The notes beneath the pieces were generated by a model. The model was not told the origin of the DNA, ran no database searches, and worked only from the letters and a program-made list of their open reading frames with translations. A DNA stretch of 64,000 nt from Alphaproteobacteria bacterium (GTDB taxonomy: Bacteria > Pseudomonadota > Alphaproteobacteria > UBA828). The first letter of the stretch is position 1. Every line of letters begins with the position of its first letter. The stretch lies in NCBI GenBank assembly GCA_963422645.2, contig CAXXVO010000021.1, forward strand, positions 1 through 64,000, written 5' to 3'. The position numbers and the translations under genes were made by a program. Shown one piece after another: positions 10,629 to 20,431 of the stretch.

Positions 10629-12176
10629 ATGTTGATGTCCGGCGAGGAGTACCGGGAGTCGCTCAGGCGGCTCACGCCCACGGTTTATGTCGATGGCGAT
10701 GAGGTCGCATCGGTCGCGGACGAGCCCCGCTTCGGGCCAGGAGTCGCAGCGCTGGGACTGGTGTACGATTTCGCGCGCGACGAGCGCCACCAGCACGTCA
10801 TGACGGCGGTGGAGGAGAGCACCGGCGCCGAGGTCCACCGCTTCCTCCACATCAACCGCTCGACCACCGACCAGCTACACAAGCTGGAGGCGGTGCGCCT
10901 CGTCTGCCAGTACACCGGCTGCGCCCAGCGCTATCTTACCCAGGACGGTCTCAACGCCATACACCAGACGACCTGGCTCATCGATCAGGAGACCGGCAGC
11001 GCGCTACACGAGCGCTTCCTCGCCTACCTCCATCGGGTACAGGCTGAAGACCTCACACTCGGCGTCGCCATGACCGACGGCAAGGGCGACCGCTCGCGCC
11101 GCCCCCATGCCCAGACCGTGCGCGATTCATACGTGCACATCACCCGGCGCCGGCCCGACGGCATCGTGATCCGGGGAGCGAAGGCGATCGTCACTGCCGC
11201 ACCCTACGTCCACGAGTATCTGGTCATGCCCTGCCGGAACATGACCGAGGACGACAGCGACTTCGCTGTGTGTTGCGCGGTTCCCGTGGATACCGACGGC
11301 GTCACCATCGTCGCGCGGCCGGCGGGCCGGCCGGGGGAGAAGGCGGCGACGTTCAGCGCCCGCTACGGCCAGTCGACCGGCGTGGTGATCTTCGATGACG
11401 TGTTCGTGCCCTGGGAGCGCGTGTTCCTCGCCGGCGAGTGGGAGCACTCGCAGTTCCTGACCCAGGCCTACGCGACCCATCACCGGCATTCGTGCATCGG
11501 CGCGCGCGCGGGCTTCGGCGACCTGCTGATCGGTGCCGGCGTGTTGATGGCCGAGGCCAACGGGCTCGAGGTCGAGCGCACGTCGCACCTGCGCGACCGC
11601 ATGGTGGAGCTGATCAAGATCGTCGAGGGTTTCTATGCCTGTGGCGTGGCGAGCTCGGTGTATGCGACGGCGGACGGCTCCGGCTGCGTGGAGCCGGACC
11701 GCGTGTTCGCCAACATCGGCAAGCTGCTGCTGTCGACGCAGATTTACGACATGCACCGCATCGCCCACGAGGTCTCGGGCGGGCTGGTGGTGGCCCTGCC
11801 GGGGCCGGACGAGGACCACAATCCGGCAACGGCGGGCACGCTCGGCGAGATGCTGAAGGGGAGGGAGGACCTGCCCTACGGCGAGCGCATGGAGGTCGCG
11901 CGCCTGATCGAGGACCTGACCGCTTCAGGCACCGCCGGCTGGTACTCGGTGATCAGCCTGCACGGCGGCGGCTCGCCGCAGGCGACGGGGCTCGAAATCT
12001 TCCGCAGCTATCCGATCGAGGACAAGGTGGCGCTGGTGGAGAAGCTGCTCGACCGGGGCGTGCTCGCCGACGAGAGCGGGACCGAGAGCCGCGACCGCCA
12101 GCCGGGGCGGTGCTGCCCCATCGGCTGCAAGGAGCCGGCGGAGGCACCGGCCCTGCCGAAACGCGCGCACAACTGA
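10629..12176 (+). CDS. 4-hydroxybutyryl-CoA dehydratase / HpaB-family flavoprotein
   Basis: AMTDGKGDRS, GIVIRGAK, FDDVFVPWERVFL and SLHGGGSP motifs. Confidence 0.85.
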   Translation: MLMSGEEYRESLRRLTPTVYVDGDEVASVADEPRFGPGVAALGLVYDFARDERHQHVMTAVEESTGAEVHRFLHINRSTTDQLHKLEAVRLVCQYTGCAQRYLTQDGLNAIHQTTWLIDQETGSALHERFLAYLHRVQAEDLTLGVAMTDGKGDRSRRPHAQTVRDSYVHITRRRPDGIVIRGAKAIVTAAPYVHEYLVMPCRNMTEDDSDFAVCCAVPVDTDGVTIVARPAGRPGEKAATFSARYGQSTGVVIFDDVFVPWERVFLAGEWEHSQFLTQAYATHHRHSCIGARAGFGDLLIGAGVLMAEANGLEVERTSHLRDRMVELIKIVEGFYACGVASSVYATADGSGCVEPDRVFANIGKLLLSTQIYDMHRIAHEVSGGLVVALPGPDEDHNPATAGTLGEMLKGREDLPYGERMEVARLIEDLTASGTAGWYSVISLHGGGSPQATGLEIFRSYPIEDKVALVEKLLDRGVLADESGTESRDRQPGRCCPIGCKEPAEAPALPKRAHN

Positions 12177-12211
12177 ACAAGTGACCTGAACAGCCAAGGG
12201 AAAAACAGACC

Positions 12212-12700
12212 ATGTCCATCGAACAACGCCTTCAGCGCCTGGAAGATATCGAGGCCATCAAGCAACTCATCGCCCGCTACATGACGGCGGCGGATAAGAA
12301 TGGCGATCCGGAGTTGATGGCGCCCTGCTTTACCGAGGACGCGGTCTGGAACTGCGAGGGGATCGGGCGTTGGGAAGGCCGAGACAGTATCGTCCAGGGA
12401 CTGCACGAGACCTCCACCAAGGTGCTTTCGTGGGCGCTGCACTACGCGACCCAGCCGATCATCGAGGTGGCCGACGATGGCCAGACGGCGACCGGCGAAT
12501 ACTACCTGTGGGAGCTCGCCAAGGCGGTGCAGGAGGACGGCAGCCCCGACCAGGACACCTGGGTCGGAGGCTGGTACGAGTCGAAGTTTCGCAAGGAAGG
12601 CGACGACTGGAAGTTCAGCTACATCGAGCTGATCCTCAAGTTGCTGAGCCCCGCCAACGCCTCTTCGTGGGAGACGCCGATCCCGCCCTGGAAGGGATAG
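12212..12700 (+). CDS. SnoaL-like / NTF2-fold protein (LinA/BaiE-like)
   Basis: RLEDIEAIKQLIARY, FTEDAVW, GWY and WKF motifs. Confidence 0.85.
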   Translation: MSIEQRLQRLEDIEAIKQLIARYMTAADKNGDPELMAPCFTEDAVWNCEGIGRWEGRDSIVQGLHETSTKVLSWALHYATQPIIEVADDGQTATGEYYLWELAKAVQEDGSPDQDTWVGGWYESKFRKEGDDWKFSYIELILKLLSPANASSWETPIPPWKG

Positions 12701-12719
12701 CCACGCGGGGGAGGTGCCC

Positions 12720-13397
12720 GTGAATATCGAAGAGCGGCTGGAGCGCCTGGAAGACATCGAGGCGATCAACCAGTTGATCGCGCGCTACGCCCAAGCGGTG
12801 GATCACAACGGCGACCCCGCGCTGGTCGCGCCGCTCTTCACCGAGGATGCGGAGTGGCATTGCGAAGGCATCGGTCATTGGGAGACGCGGGAGGGCATCA
12901 TCCGCGACATACGTCCCAACTGCACCACCTTCATGCCCTGGGCCATCCACTACATGACCCAGCCGAACGTCGAGGTGGGCGCGGGCGGCCTCAGCGCGAC
13001 CAGCAACCACTATCTGTGGGAGCTCGGCAAGGTAACGCCGGAGGCCGGCGGGGCGACCCGGGATACCTGGATCGGCGGCTGGTACGACTCGCAGTTGCGC
13101 AAGGAGGGCGGCGCCTGGAAGTTCGCCCGCATCGACCTCACGCTCAAGCTCTTCAGCCCGGCGGATAGTCCCTCGTGGGAGACCCGGATCGCGCCGTGTG
13201 TAGGGGGACGAAAGTCATTGCGAATCCGGAAGATGCCGGGAAGAAGGCGGAAGATGGCGGACGGTCAAGGGGTTGGCGGCGTTTCCGGGGTCTGGCGGGC
13301 CGGACGAAAGTCTTTGCGAATCCGGCCCGGAAAGGGCCGTGAATTGGCTGGAAGCGGGGATTTTCGGGGCGTTTCAGGGGTGCTGAAAGGCCTGTAA
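12720..13397 (+). CDS. SnoaL-like paralog; native C-terminus displaced by an insertion at 13199
   Basis: Tandem paralog of 12212-12700. Removing the insertion restores ...IAPWSSD* (stop 14107-14109). Codons after 13198 read into the element. Confidence 0.8.
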   Translation: MNIEERLERLEDIEAINQLIARYAQAVDHNGDPALVAPLFTEDAEWHCEGIGHWETREGIIRDIRPNCTTFMPWAIHYMTQPNVEVGAGGLSATSNHYLWELGKVTPEAGGATRDTWIGGWYDSQLRKEGGAWKFARIDLTLKLFSPADSPSWETRIAPCVGGRKSLRIRKMPGRRRKMADGQGVGGVSGVWRAGRKSLRIRPGKGRELAGSGDFRGVSGVLKGL

Positions 13398-14091
13398 ATC
13401 GGCGCGGTTCCGGGGGTGCGGATTCGCCGGCAAATCCCGGTGCGGCGCGGTGCTTCGCCTCGCCCGGTCTACGATGCCGGCGTTGTCCCCGCGCCGGCCT
13501 CCTTCCCTTCGAGATCGGCGCGCCGCGGGTCGCGTGCGATCTCCTCGTCGGAGAAGGGCTTTCGCCCGGGGTTCCCGACCTCCCAGCTTTCCATCCATGG
13601 CAGCGACTGGCATCCGCAGTTGATCGTCTCGGCGGCGGGTCCGGCGGGATCGCGGGGGTACATGAGCGTGGCGCCGCCGACGTCGAAGGGCCTGGCGGCT
13701 TCCCTGGTCTGTCCGTCGACGGCGTCGTTGAGCGCGCGCGACGCCCTCGAGCGACACCGCGGCGCAGGCCGGTGGTACGCCGACGCCGACCCCGGAAGAT
13801 GGACCGGTCACGACGGATACGACGCCGCAGAACGCGCCGTCGAAGACCCCGAATGGTGGAAGGCCGAACTCGAACGCCCGTGCCGCCCCGGCGCCCGCCC
13901 CGGTCCCGACCGCGCCTGAAACCCCCACGCACCGCCCGTGCACGGGCCCTGAACCCCCCGCGCAGCGCTCCTTCATGGCCCATGCACAGGCCGGTTTTTC
14001 CAGCCCGGTTCAGCCCCGAAAACCAGCCGATTTTCCAGGCCATTCGCAAAGACTTCCGGCCGCGATTCGCAAAGACTTCCGGCCGGCTACA
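13199..14091. mobile_element. Non-autonomous mini-element with Mu/Tn7-like ends
   Basis: TGTAG...CTACA termini; 5-bp TSD CCGTG (13194-13198, 14092-14096); repeated ATTCGCAAAGACTT sites at both ends; no transposase. Confidence 0.88.
13469..13728 (-). pseudogene. 3' fragment of phage head morphogenesis protein (MuF/SPP1 gp7 family)
   Basis: DAVDGQTREAARPFDVGGATLMYPRDPAGPAAETINCGC matches the family C-terminal motif. Confidence 0.75.
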
Positions 14092-14152
14092 CCGTGGTCC
14101 AGCGATTAGCTGACGGCTTCAGGGGCCGCCGGGTGTCGGACAGCGGCGCGTG

Positions 14153-14917
14153 CTACTTGGGCGCCATTCGAAGCGCGCCGTCGAAGCGGATCACCGAGCC
14201 GTTCATGAAGGTGTTCTGCGCTATGTGCACGGCGAGCGCGCCGTATTCTTCGGCAGAGCCGAGGCGCTTCGGATAAACCGTCGTCTCCAGCAGGGACTGC
14301 TTCACCGGCTCGGAGAGGCCCGCTATCATCGGCGTGTCCATCAGCCCCGGCGCGATGCAGTTTACGCGAATGCCGTCGCGGGCGAGCTCGCGCGCCATCG
14401 GGATCGTCATCGCCGCGACGCCGCCCTTCGAGGCCGCGTAGTCGAGCTGGCCGATCTGGCCTTCGAAAGCGGCGACCGAGGCGGTGGTGACGATGCAGCC
14501 GCGCTCGTTGTACTCCATCGGCTCCAACGCAGCCATGTCGGCGGCGGCAAGGCGGCAGGAGTTGATCGTGCCGATCAGGTTGACGTGGATTGCACGGGTG
14601 AGTTTTTCGAGCGGGCTTGCGTTGCCATCGCGGCCCACCAGCTTGGCGCCAGGCGCGATTCCGGCGCAGGCGACCATGATGCGTGCGGGCCCGAGCGCCT
14701 CGCGCACCGATGCCACGGCGGCTTCGTGACTGGCCGGGTCGACCACGTCGCATACCGCTGCCGCGCCACCGATTTCGGCCGCAACTTTCTGCGCCAGGCC
14801 CTCGTTCATGTCGAGGATGCCGACCTTGGCCCCGGCGGCCGCGAGCGCGCGCGCCGTCGCCTCGCCGAGCCCGGACGCGCCGCCGGTGACGATCGCCGTT
14901 TGCCCGCTGATGTTCAT
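14153..14917 (-). CDS. SDR, type II 3-hydroxyacyl-CoA dehydrogenase-like
   Basis: TGGASGLG, TASVAAFEGQIGQ, YAASKGG and DGALRM motifs. Confidence 0.92.
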   Translation of the reverse strand: MNISGQTAIVTGGASGLGEATARALAAAGAKVGILDMNEGLAQKVAAEIGGAAAVCDVVDPASHEAAVASVREALGPARIMVACAGIAPGAKLVGRDGNASPLEKLTRAIHVNLIGTINSCRLAAADMAALEPMEYNERGCIVTTASVAAFEGQIGQLDYAASKGGVAAMTIPMARELARDGIRVNCIAPGLMDTPMIAGLSEPVKQSLLETTVYPKRLGSAEEYGALAVHIAQNTFMNGSVIRFDGALRMAPK

Positions 14918-14994
14918 GCCTTACTCCTTCGCTGAAGTGCGCGCCTACATAGCAAACCGACGATGCATGCAAAAGTCGCAGGGCGGAGCGACGC

Positions 14995-15924
14995 CTACGG
15001 GACTATGGCGCCGGGGCGGCGCTTCCCGAGGAGCGCTTCGCGGCGGGCGATGTAGACGGCGCTGGCGACGATGAAGACCGCGCCGACCCAGGTCCACATG
15101 CCCGGAAACTCGCCGAACGCGAACCAGCCGATCGCCACCGCGAAGGGGAGGCGGGTGAAGTCCAGCGGCACGATCGCCGTCGCTTCCATGATGGAGAGCG
15201 CGCGCGCCATCGAGAAGTGCGCGACGGTGAGCACGCAGCCGATGCCGAGCAGCCAGCCAAGCTGCTCCATCGTCGGCATCTGCCACCACCAGAGCGCGGG
15301 GCCGAGCGAGATCGGGGTCATGATCAGGTTCATGTAGAACACGATGGCGAGCGGCGATTCGCTGCGCGCCAACAAGCGTACCAGGGCCATGGAGATGGCG
15401 AAGAGCAGCGCGGCGAAGATCGCGAGCAGGCCGCCGATCGAGATGGTATCCGCGCCCGGTTGCAGGACGATCAGGACGCCTGCGAAACCCACCACGGTGG
15501 CGATCCAGCGACGCGGGCCCACGCGTTCGCCCAGCATCAAGATGGCGACCGGGATCATCCAGAGCGAGACCGTGAAATTCAGCGTAATGGCTTCCGCGAG
15601 CGGCGTGATCTGCAGCGCCGAATACCAGGCCCACATGGCGAAGACGCCCATCCCGGCGCGGATGGCGAAGAGCTTGAAGCGGCCCAGGTCGAACGAGCCG
15701 AAGCCGATACGGACCATGAAGGGCACCAGGATCAGGGTACCGATGCCGTTGCGGATGAAGGCGATCTGAAACACCGATATTTCCGCCGAGATGTGGCGGA
15801 TCGCCGCCGACATGCCGGCGAAGCAGGCGCAGGTGAAGACCATCAGGAGCACCCCTTCCCAGGTGCGCCCGATGGCGCGGTCGCCCGCGTGTTTCGTCGA
15901 CTCCGTGCTCATGGCGGGCGGCAT
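14995..15924 (-). CDS. DMT/EamA family transporter
   Basis: About 10 hydrophobic helices; LGERVGPRRW and FGEFP motifs. Confidence 0.88.
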   Translation of the reverse strand: MPPAMSTESTKHAGDRAIGRTWEGVLLMVFTCACFAGMSAAIRHISAEISVFQIAFIRNGIGTLILVPFMVRIGFGSFDLGRFKLFAIRAGMGVFAMWAWYSALQITPLAEAITLNFTVSLWMIPVAILMLGERVGPRRWIATVVGFAGVLIVLQPGADTISIGGLLAIFAALLFAISMALVRLLARSESPLAIVFYMNLIMTPISLGPALWWWQMPTMEQLGWLLGIGCVLTVAHFSMARALSIMEATAIVPLDFTRLPFAVAIGWFAFGEFPGMWTWVGAVFIVASAVYIARREALLGKRRPGAIVP

Positions 15925-16052
15925 ACTCCCTTGCGCCGCCCGCCAGGCGTTCCTCTGTCAAGCGAGTGTCGGTGGGTTTCGGCGGCGGATGCGTTCGCGT
16001 TCCCACCATGCCACATGCGCCCGGCAGCCACAGCCCGGCCGGCGCGCGGGAG

Positions 16053-17153
16053 TCAGTCGGACTGCCGCGTTGAGCGAATTGTCAACGTCATCCCACCGTC
16101 CCGCTCCTCGACCAGGGATTCGAAGGGATAGCCGGCGGCCCATGTCGGCGTGTCGATCGTCCACAACAGGCGCCGGCCGCTTTCGGTGGGTTCGGAGACG
16201 ATGCGCCCGCTGGCGACCGCCTCGTCGGGATCCATCAGGATGGAGAAGCGGTTGGCCGAGGGCGGTGCCTGACCGGTGAGCGGCAGGGGATCGTCCAACG
16301 AGATGACTAGGCGGTGCGAGCCCATATCGTGGCGATATCGCTCCAGGGCGCCGACCGCATCCAACTCGATCGTGGTGCGGTTCTGATAACCGGGCAGGTC
16401 CGCGACGAGAGCGGTGCCCTCATTCTGTGTCTCCACGTTGAAGGAAAGACCCGCCACGTTGTCGCTGAGCCGCGCTTCGCTTGCCGAGAACGTCCACTGG
16501 CCGAAGGGAAAGACGACGATCTGGATACCCGCGCTGTACGCAGCGACGAAGCGGTGCTTGCCCTCGGGATCGTCTCCGGCGCGGAATGAGAAGTCCTGAC
16601 TATCGATCGTCACCCTGTTGCGCTCGGCCAGCGCATTGCGCTCCCGGTGAAAGAGCATGACCACCCTCTCGGCACCGTGGCCGGACTGATCCGTCAGGCC
16701 GGCACCCTTCGGTGTCAGCGGCATGCCCTCGGCATCGATTTCGACTTCGACGCGGGCGCTGTCGAGTCCGGTGAACGACACATGCACGCTTTGTCCTTCC
16801 CCAGCCTCGCCGGTGCGTCGATAGTCGATCTCCCGGTAGTGGAAGTCATCGGTGCTTTCGGCGATCAATGGATCGTCTATGAAGTGGTGCTGGCGCTTCT
16901 CTCCCTCGCGCTCGGTGAAAAAGACCCAGACGAGCCTGTACGGATTGGAGGGCGTGTCGATGGACATGACCTCAACGGCTTCGTATGTCGGATGGCGGGG
17001 AAGCCAGACATACCAATGATGGTCGAAGTAGTGGTGCTCGCTGATCAAAGGAACGGCGGGCGCAGCCTCGCCGCGGCCGCTGGTCGTGAAGGCCGCGCAG
17101 GCAAGGACCAGCGCTGCTCCGGTCAGCAGTCGTGGAAGGGTGTGAATGCTCAT
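16053..17153 (-). CDS. Hypothetical secreted protein
   Basis: 366-aa ORF with signal peptide; ATG lies 5 bp from an IS66 end. Confidence 0.7.
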   Translation of the reverse strand: MSIHTLPRLLTGAALVLACAAFTTSGRGEAAPAVPLISEHHYFDHHWYVWLPRHPTYEAVEVMSIDTPSNPYRLVWVFFTEREGEKRQHHFIDDPLIAESTDDFHYREIDYRRTGEAGEGQSVHVSFTGLDSARVEVEIDAEGMPLTPKGAGLTDQSGHGAERVVMLFHRERNALAERNRVTIDSQDFSFRAGDDPEGKHRFVAAYSAGIQIVVFPFGQWTFSASEARLSDNVAGLSFNVETQNEGTALVADLPGYQNRTTIELDAVGALERYRHDMGSHRLVISLDDPLPLTGQAPPSANRFSILMDPDEAVASGRIVSEPTESGRRLLWTIDTPTWAAGYPFESLVEERDGGMTLTIRSTRQSD

Positions 17154-17158
17154 TTTTC

Positions 17159-19420
17159 GTAACTACCCAGGTACCCCAATCCTGAGTTGAGGACGGTGAT
17201 TATGGCGGCGGCCGCGGCCTGGTTCTGCCACCGCGATTGGTTCTTGACCTCATAGAGTTGCGGGACTATGGACTGCTCTCTCGCGTGACGGGAGCGGTCC
17301 ATGGGGTATTTCGGCTCGAAGGCGACAGCAGGTCTGTGCCAAGCGCTGATTGCGCTGATGCCGCCGCACTCCGTCTACATCGAAAGCCACCTTGGGGGCG
17401 GGGCGCTGATGAAGCGCAAGCCGCCGGCCGTGCGTTCGATCGGCATCGACCGCGATGCGCAGGCGCTCGAGGCCTTCGTCTGCGACTACCCGGTCGATCT
17501 GGTTCACGGCTGTGCCCATGACTTCCTGGCCTCGTTCCCGTTCCTGGGCCCGGAGCTGGTTTACAGCGATCCGCCCTATCTGCACGCGACCCGCCGCTCG
17601 GCGCAGCGCTACCGCTTCGAGTACGAGGAGGCCGGCCACGTCGCGCTTCTCGCGCTGCTCAAGGCTCTGCCCTGCCAGGTCATGATCTCGGGCCATCCGT
17701 CGGCGCTCTATGACGAGGTGCTGGCGGGATGGCGCCGGCTGGCGCTGCAGGTCACGACCCAGGGTCTGGTGCGAACCGAGGTCGTCTGGTTCAACTACGC
17801 CCCCGACCGGATGCATTGGGCCAGCCACGCAGGCCGGAACTTCACCGACCGCCAGCGCATCAAGCGCAAGGCAGCCAACTGGGGCCGGCGCTACCAGGCC
17901 TTGCCGCCGGGCGAACGCCTCGCCGTGCTCGCCGCCATGATGGCCGTCGAGGCCGAAGACACGTGACGGTGTCGCACTGGCACGAAGACCTCGCCGCCCG
18001 TAACGAGGCCTTCTGCTGCCTGAAGGAGCTTCTCGAGCCATCATCCCTCGCAACCACTGTCGTCGTTGCCGTCCGGGAATGGGGGCAGGGGCTGCTGCGA
18101 TCAGCCACCGCGCTCGCCCGGGAAAATGCCGCACTCGAGCAGGAGAACGCGGCCCTGCGCGAGCGCATCGCCGAACTCGAGCGCAGCGCGGCCCTCAACA
18201 GCACCACAAGCAGCAAGCCCCCCGCCAGCGACGGGCTCAAGAAGAAAAGCGGAGCCCAGAGGCGCACCCAAAGCCAGCGCGGAAAGTCCGGCGGGCCCAG
18301 TGGCGGCCAGCCCGGCCACAAGGGAACCACCCTCGCGCGGAGCGACAGCCCGGACCGTGTCGTCGATCACCACCCCTCCACCTGTTCCGGCTGTGGCGTC
18401 GAGCTCTCGGACGCCGACCGGCAAGGCGCGCCCGCCTGTCGGCAGGTCTTCGACGTACCCGAGCCGCAGCCTCTCGAGGTCACCGAACACCGCGCCCATC
18501 GCTGCCTCTGCGGCGCATGCGGCACGCTGACACGAGCCGCCTTCCCGCCGGGCGTCACCGCCCCGGTCCAGTACGGCCCTCGCATCACCGCTTGGGTGAG
18601 TTACCTGCTGTACGCCCAGTTCGTGCCCGAGAAGCGTCTGGCCGAACTCATGAGCGACATCTTCGCGGTGTCCATCTCCACTGCCACGATCGCCGCCATG
18701 GGCCGGCGCACAGCGCAGCGCTTCGAGGGCTTCCTCGACCATGTCGCCGATCTGATCCGCACGCAGGCGCCGGTCAAGCACCTCGACGAGACCGGCCTGC
18801 GTATCGCCGCCCGTACCCGCTGGCTCCATGTGCTGTGCACCCCGTTGCTCACCGTCCTGCGCATCGGCGAGGGACGCGGCGATGTCGAAAAGAACCTGAA
18901 AGGCATCCTCGTCCACGACGACTTCGCCCCCTACTTCACCATCAAGGGCGTCCGCCACGGCGCCTGCAACGCACATCACCTGCGCGAACTCCAGGCCCTG
19001 ATCGACATCGAGAAGGAGGAATGGGCGGCGAGCATGCACCGCCTGCTTCAGCGCGCGCGCAGGGCCGCCCGCTTCGCCCGTGAGAAAGACCGTCAAGTCC
19101 CCGCCTCCCTGGTGGCCCGCATCTCAAGGGCATGGGACCGTATCCTCGAAGAAGCCATCGCCTTCCATGAGGCCCAACCGCCGCTCCAGATCGCAAAGCG
19201 AGGGCGAAAGAAACGCCGCATCGGCCACAACCTCGCGCGCCGCCTTCAAAAGCATAAGGAGGGCTGCCTGCGCTTCCTCACCGACCTGCGCACGCCGTTC
19301 ACGAATAACGAGGCGGAGCGTGACATCCGTATGAACAAAGTGCATGAGAAGATCTCAGGCGGCTTCCGCTCCCTGCAAGGCGCCTGCAACTTCGCCGGAA
19401 TGCGCAGCGTCATCGTCACC
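17159..19420 (+). mobile_element. IS66-family element B (methyltransferase-carrying), right end lost
   Basis: Left TIR GTAACTACCCAGGTACCCC; matches the inverted copy at 49977-53521 up to 19420. Confidence 0.9.
17301..17966 (+). CDS. DNA adenine methyltransferase (D12/Dam-like), IS passenger
   Basis: YFGSK, YIESHLGGGA (SAM-binding) and VYSDPPY (catalytic) motifs. Confidence 0.85.
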   Translation: MGYFGSKATAGLCQALIALMPPHSVYIESHLGGGALMKRKPPAVRSIGIDRDAQALEAFVCDYPVDLVHGCAHDFLASFPFLGPELVYSDPPYLHATRRSAQRYRFEYEEAGHVALLALLKALPCQVMISGHPSALYDEVLAGWRRLALQVTTQGLVRTEVVWFNYAPDRMHWASHAGRNFTDRQRIKRKAANWGRRYQALPPGERLAVLAAMMAVEAEDT

Positions 19421-19495
19421 AACGTCGCAGCCGTCACCGGCGCGCCGAAGAGCTCGGCCATCACCTGCGACAGCCGATCCTCCGGCAGGAAGTGA
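17963..19495 (+). pseudogene. IS66 TnpC with chimeric C-terminus
   Basis: GTG overlaps MTase TGA (GTGA); DETG, HDDF, CNAH and TNNEAERD motifs; fused to inverted element A at 19410-19420. Confidence 0.85.
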
Positions 19496-20226
19496 GCGTG
19501 CTGAAGGTAGACCGCCACCCCGGCAATGCGCGGGCCGTACTGCACCGGCGCCGACACCCCGTCGGGGAACGCCGCCCGGGTCACCGTCCCGCAATGCCCG
19601 CAGCACTTGGCATGCGCCCGGTGCTCGGTCACCTCCAGGGGGCTCGGCTCGGGCAGATCGAACACCTGGCGGGCGACGGGCGTTCCCGCCCTGGCCGCGT
19701 CCGAAAGCGGCGAACCGCATCCCTTGCAGGAAGCCGGGACGTGATCCTTCACCCGATCCGGGTGATCGGCGCGGCGCAGCGTCTTGCCCTTGTGGCCGGG
19801 CTGGCCACCGGGCTTGCGGCCCGATTTGCCGCGCAGGCTTCGGGTTCGCCGCTTCGAATTCGGCTTCCTCAGCCCATCGCTCGAAGGCGGCTTGCCGCTG
19901 TTGCCGCTGTTGAGGCCGAGACGGCGCTCCAACTCCTCGATGCGCTCGACGAGACGCGCGACTTGCTCTTCCAGCCGCGCGTTCTGCTGCCGAAGCCAGG
20001 CATTTTCCTCCCGAAGCCGGGCGTTCTCCTCCTCCAGGCGGGCGATCTTCTGCGCGGGCGTTTCGGGCGCTGCTCCCGTCGAAGGGCCGCGCGGCGACTC
20101 GGGATTGCTCATGTCGTTGTTGAGTCATTTCCCGAAATTCCCGTCAAGCCCTTTCCACCAACTCCGAACGAGAAACGCCTCAATCCACTGGCCCAAAATG
20201 ACAAATCAGACGACCTGGGCAGTTAC
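19421..20226 (-). mobile_element. 5' fragment of IS66 element A (left TIR plus N-terminal tnpC)
   Basis: Reverse complement of about 7609-8415. Confidence 0.92.
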
Positions 20227-20420
20227 GAACTATCTTGACGACTATATCGAAGCTGCAATCGAGCTTGCCGATGCCATTATTGACAAGGAATTGTACGGCA
20301 TGCGTGACACGTTGGTATTGCCAATTATGTACAACGCCAGACACGCCGTCGAGTTGACACTGAAATTTTCTACCGATCGTCTCATTCAATCTTGCGTGGT
20401 GAGGGACGAAGGGCGGAAAC
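20227..20420 (+). pseudogene. Low-GC fragment of a HEPN-like protein
   Basis: LVLPIMYNARHAVELTLK resembles the HEPN N-terminal helix; truncated by IS end. Confidence 0.45.
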
Positions 20421-20431
20421 TACCATCTTCT

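Noticed and set aside
14042-14085. Two 21-bp direct repeats resembling a mini-CRISPR
   Set aside because: Only 2 nt apart, no spacers or cas genes; explained as transposase binding sites
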